DNA of 56,414 bases, counting the filler, from Bipalium vagum (Eukaryota): the NCBI GenBank assembly GCA_037834085.1. It is 3 parts of 3 records of this genome, joined end to end, with 100 filler letters (N's around TTAATTAATTAA, not from the genome) between each part and the next. Parts side by side here need not be neighbours in the genome. Positions count along the whole stretch, not along the records: positions 39,551 to 56,414 come from JBBMKC010089336.1; 2 more parts are not named here. One strand, given 5' to 3'. A program made the translations under genes and the position numbers. Under the pieces are notes generated by a model. That model was given only the letters and a program-made list of their open reading frames with translations. It made no database searches and was not told the origin of the DNA. Shown one piece after another: positions 52,200 through 56,414 of this stretch. Every line of letters begins with the position of its first letter. Position 1 is the first letter of the stretch.

Positions 52200-53050
52200 C
52201 TCAACTTTTTTTATTTATTTTTATCTTTATGTTTTAATTACTGTTTTTTTAATTTGAATAATTTTTTGTTTTATTTTATTTTTTTACATTAAATATTTTA
52301 AGTTTTTCAATTTGTTTTTTTTATTTTTCTATTATTTTTCATTTTATTTATTTTTATTTTTATTTATTTATTTTATTTTATTTTTTATTTTTGTTCTAAA
52401 AATAATTTATTTCGTATTTATTTAAAATATGTTTTATAATTTTTCTTACTATTTAAAAAACAATTTCTATTCCTCTTTTTATAAATTTATATATTTTAAC
52501 AATTATTTTAAAAAATCTTTTTTTTAATTTTACTGACATTTTTATTATATATTTTATTATTTTTATTTATTATATATTTTATTATATTTATTTTATATAA
52601 AATGTATTAACGTGGTTTTATTTATTCATATTTTATTATTATTAAAAAATTTTTTCATTTTTAACTACTTTTATTTTATTTTCTAAATATAAATTTCATT
52701 TAATTTATAATTTTTAAAAAAAAAATTTTGTTTATTTAAGAATAAATCATATTAATAATTATTTATTTTAATTTTATTTGCATTATTTATTTTTAATATT
52801 TTTCCTTTTATTTAAAACGTCGAATTTATTTTATGTTTTACTAATTATTTTAATTTCACCATTTTGTATTTTATTTTATTAAAATTTTTTTTTCTCTTAT
52901 TAAAATTTTTTTTCACTTTTTCCATTTTTACCTTTATGAGTTTTTAAAATGATATTTATATTATTAATTAATTTTTATTTTATTTTATTAAATACGTATT
53001 TTTTATCATTTAGTTTATTTTTATATTTATATTTTTATTATTTAATTTAT
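52200..53050. repeat. T/A-rich low-complexity tract
   Basis: Almost no G/C; irregular TTTTA/TTAT units. Confidence 0.85.
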
Positions 53051-53369
53051 TATTAATTATTTTTTCCAGGAAAGAACTCTGAAGACAATGAAAATTCGAG
53101 AAGTTGGAGAGATAAAATGAAATTTTGGTAAAATAGTAAGGGTCTTGAGAAAAAAAACCTTTTCATATTCCATAAAATATGCCATGGTTTTTGGTTTAAA
53201 TAAATGACTTTCTTCATTTCAGTGTCAATACTTTCAAACATTTTAAGGATAGTTGTCATTTCATTTTATGAGCTCCTCTTCAGATTCCGTCCAATTGTTT
53301 ATTTACTAAATGCTTTCAAAGAAAATTCAAATAAATAAATTTCATATAAAAAATAAATAAACATGATAA

Positions 53370-53825
53370 AAGTATTATTGAGTGTTTGGTGGTCCGTTAG
53401 GAGTGTTATTCATTATGAGCTGTTGCAACCGGGTAAAACGATAATAGCGGATGTGTATTGTTCCCAGTTAGATAGAATGAAGGAAAAACTTGAAAAGAAT
53501 TAGCCAGCTTTCACCAGCAGAAATAAAGTAATTCTTCATCATAATAACACACGGCTATACACTCCAGAAAATTAAGAACTTCATCTGGGAACAGTTATCT
53601 CATCCTCCATATCGTCCTGATATCGCGCCTTCTATCTATCATATTTTCCGTGCAAAACAATATTTTTTGGTCGGAAAAAATTACGATTCCCATGAAACTA
53701 TAAATATAGTCATCCAAAACGTCTTCGATTATAAACCACGGAATTTTTATAAATATGGCCTTATGAAATTAGTTTCTAAAGGAAGTTACATCGTACAAAA
53801 CAATAGTGTTTGTGTATTTAGTTAA
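53370..53825 (+). mobile_element. Mariner catalytic-domain fragment
   Basis: VLLSVWWSVRSVIHYELLQPGKTIIADVYCSQLDR..VILHHNNTR..HPPYRPDIAPS.Y. Confidence 0.88.
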
Positions 53826-53979
53826 TATATCTGTTCTGCGACTTCTTTTATTATTTAACTTTTCAATAAAAAACGACATTACTTATGTGTCGACCTAATA
53901 TTATTGACAATGTTATTATTACATAATATTGGTGTGCATTGATTATATAAATTCTTAAAATTCTTGTATCGTTTATTTC

Positions 53980-54990
53980 AGTTACCGAATGACAAGAAAA
54001 ATATCCGAATTTAATAGACATATCATAGTTGTACTTAAGAAGAGTGGGTGAACCAGGAATGAAATTCAATTAGATTTATAGAATCAATATTTCACCAGTG
54101 TATCTAGATGTGGAATGCAAATAATTTAGCAAAAGCTTTTAAGAACAAATGAAACAAAAGATTTAGATCGCATTGAAGACCCCGAAAGATTACTCAAAAG
54201 AATTTCAAGAGGAAGCAATAACCGTTTTCCTTGGCACAATTAACCAATCACTTCTTATCTCAAAACAGTACTATAATATCATCGAGTACCGTAAGAGGAA
54301 TGCTCAAAAAATAGGGTATTCATGGTTACAGAAGCAAAGGAAACCTTTCCTATCAATAAGACAAAGACAAAAGAGAGTGTTATGGACCAACAAGCATAAG
54401 GAATGGAATTTTAATAATTGGAAAACAGTTGTCTTAAGCATTTTCCAGTGTTATAGCCAGCATGGAAAACATCGGGTTTTACGGACAGCAAATGACAAAG
54501 GCAAACCAGGAAATATTCACCAAAATATGAGTCACGGACCTAAAATACATGTAAGGGAATTCTTTTCTTCGACTGGTGTGGGATTATTAAAGAATGTAGA
54601 AAGTTCCATGGATGCCAAATTATATCAGACAAGAATAAAAAATGACATTGATGTTGTTGCTAAATGCTTAGTATGCCCTGAGAATAATTTCAATTTCCAA
54701 CAAGACATGGCACCTCCACATAGAGCTTTGGGAACGTATAAATACTTTAAAAGTACAATTATTGGTGTGCTAGATTGGCCAGGAAATTCTGCGGATGTCA
54801 TCTCAGTCGAAAATATTTGGGGATATCTTAAGCATGCAATGCAACATGTTCTATGCCATTCCAAAGAACAATTGTGGAAAGCAGTTCAACAGCACTGGTA
54901 TTATTTGGATAGAAAATATTGTCAAAATCTCGCGAAATCAATGGCAATATGAGTTATCATTAAATTATCAGGCAACGAATCCTTACCCAA
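53980..54990 (+). mobile_element. Decayed Tc1-like transposase
   Basis: N-terminal HTH (ISEFNRHIIVVLKKSG..), RPRKIT, KPFLSIRQRQKRVLW, FQQDMAPPH, VLDWPGNSADVISVENIWG. Confidence 0.88.
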
Positions 54991-56334
54991 ACTAGAAATA
55001 TTCAAAAAACCCTTAGATCAACAATTATACTCATCGAAAGACAACCAACCCTCAGAGGATTGTCTTGTACAAAAATAGCACAACAAAACATATTTTCTGA
55101 ATAATAACAGAAATCTCTTCTAAAATATCTTCGTCGACTCAGTTAATCATAAAAATCCTCTTCTAAAGTAAGAAATTTCCGCTCCAATTTTCCTGATTTG
55201 CTGCCGCTTACATAAAAGATCGAAAAATGTCCATTATCCGAGGATTGATGTCTTAAATGAAAAACTTTCCAAAAAATATTCCTGAATTTCCCTGCCTAGA
55301 AATACTTTTTTGAATTGGATGATACTCACCTAGAGCTAGGTCCAGAGACTATCTCGTATGATAGATACGGTCAAAGCTATCTTCATCAATTCTTGTAATT
55401 GTCAATAGCAAGCGATGCGGCTTTGCAATGTTATTCAAAACCACCATTTTGTAGCGACGACGACTTCTTTTATAACTTTAAAGATTTAGTGTGAAATAAG
55501 ATGAAAAAATTGACACAATGTCAGAAGAGAGACATTTAATGTTATTCCATATGTCCATGATGACAGGTTGACATGAAAATAAATGTGATCTTCACATGGT
55601 CACTCTTGACAATAGATTTTGATAAACAATTTTATTTGAAAGCATTAGTAAATATAACCATTTGGACAGACACTGAGGAGAAGCTTCTAAACAAGACGCC
55701 TCACTCCTAAGGATTACTCTCACGGAAATAACATAACATTTTATATAGGAGTAGGAAACATGCTTAGAAATCCGCTTTTATAGATTTAAAGAGTTCATAA
55801 AACGAAATGACAACTATCCTTAAAAGGTTTGAAGATATTAACACTGAAACGATGAAAGACATTTATTTAAACAAAACACTACATATTTAGTGGTACGTGG
55901 AAATATTCTGTTTCCTCAAAACCCCTACCATTTCATCATTTATTCCATTTATGTTTCCAAGCCTTAAACGTTTTTCTAGGTCCATGTTCTGAAAAAAATA
56001 ATTTATGAAAAATAAATTAACAAGAAAATAAAAATATCAAAATATACCAAATGATAAAATAAAATATTAATAATAATAAATATAAATTAATTAATAAAAT
56101 ATATCATTTTCAAAACTTCATTAAAGTAAAACTGGAAAATAATAAGAAATAATAAGAAAAAAAATAAATAAAAGAAAAAATACGTTTTTCAAAAAACTAA
56201 AGTATAAAATAGTAAAATGAAAAAAATATTAAGAAATAAAAATAAATCCAACGTCTAAAATAAAAGATAAAATATTATAAATAATTAAAACAAAATAAGT
56301 AAATAATAAAATAAATTAGTTTTTAAATATTTTT

Positions 56335-56414
56335 AATATATATTTAATAATATAAATAATATATTTAATAATATAAATAATATATTTAATAATATAAATA
56401 ATATATTTAATAAT
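56335..56414. repeat. 21-bp tandem repeat (AATATATTTAATAATATAAAT) running off the window end
   Basis: Three to four direct copies visible. Confidence 0.85.

Noticed and set aside
54173-54290. Host-domain fusion at the N-terminus of the Tc1 ORF (TPKDYS.., similar to PKDYS near 55707)
   Set aside because: It is an off-frame reading of the transposase's own RPRKIT/HTH region; the similarity is coincidental.

Overview
Very AT-rich eukaryotic (metazoan-type) genomic DNA with short GT-AG introns, mostly about 43-75 nt. The window is not one natural contig. Two artificial 100-nt spacers (44 N + TTAATTAATTAA + 44 N) at 21284-21383 and 39451-39550 join three pieces, and there is one ordinary N gap at 35313-35509. 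Piece 1 carries three well-supported spliced genes: maelstrom (piRNA pathway, +), RPS18 (-) and an NSD-family H3K36 methyltransferase (-). The rest is mostly decayed DNA transposons (Tc1, mariner, DUF4817/maT-like, IS630-like, pogo/Tigger, Merlin, a DD39D/Stowaway-like derivative, MITEs). It also holds a decayed NeSL-clade RLE non-LTR retrotransposon and a cluster of intact and decayed genes for secreted PAN/kringle/C-type-lectin-like proteins. The most novel-looking signals are (i) a cold-shock-domain-like segment at the 5' end of the RLE retrotransposon, (ii) a two-exon gene for signal peptide + PAN + an unrecognised ~180-aa domain, with possible decayed relatives nearby, and (iii) a plant-type Stowaway/DD39D-like element in an animal-type genome. 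All assignments come from manual reading and motif recognition. No database searches were run, and the boundaries of decayed elements are approximate.
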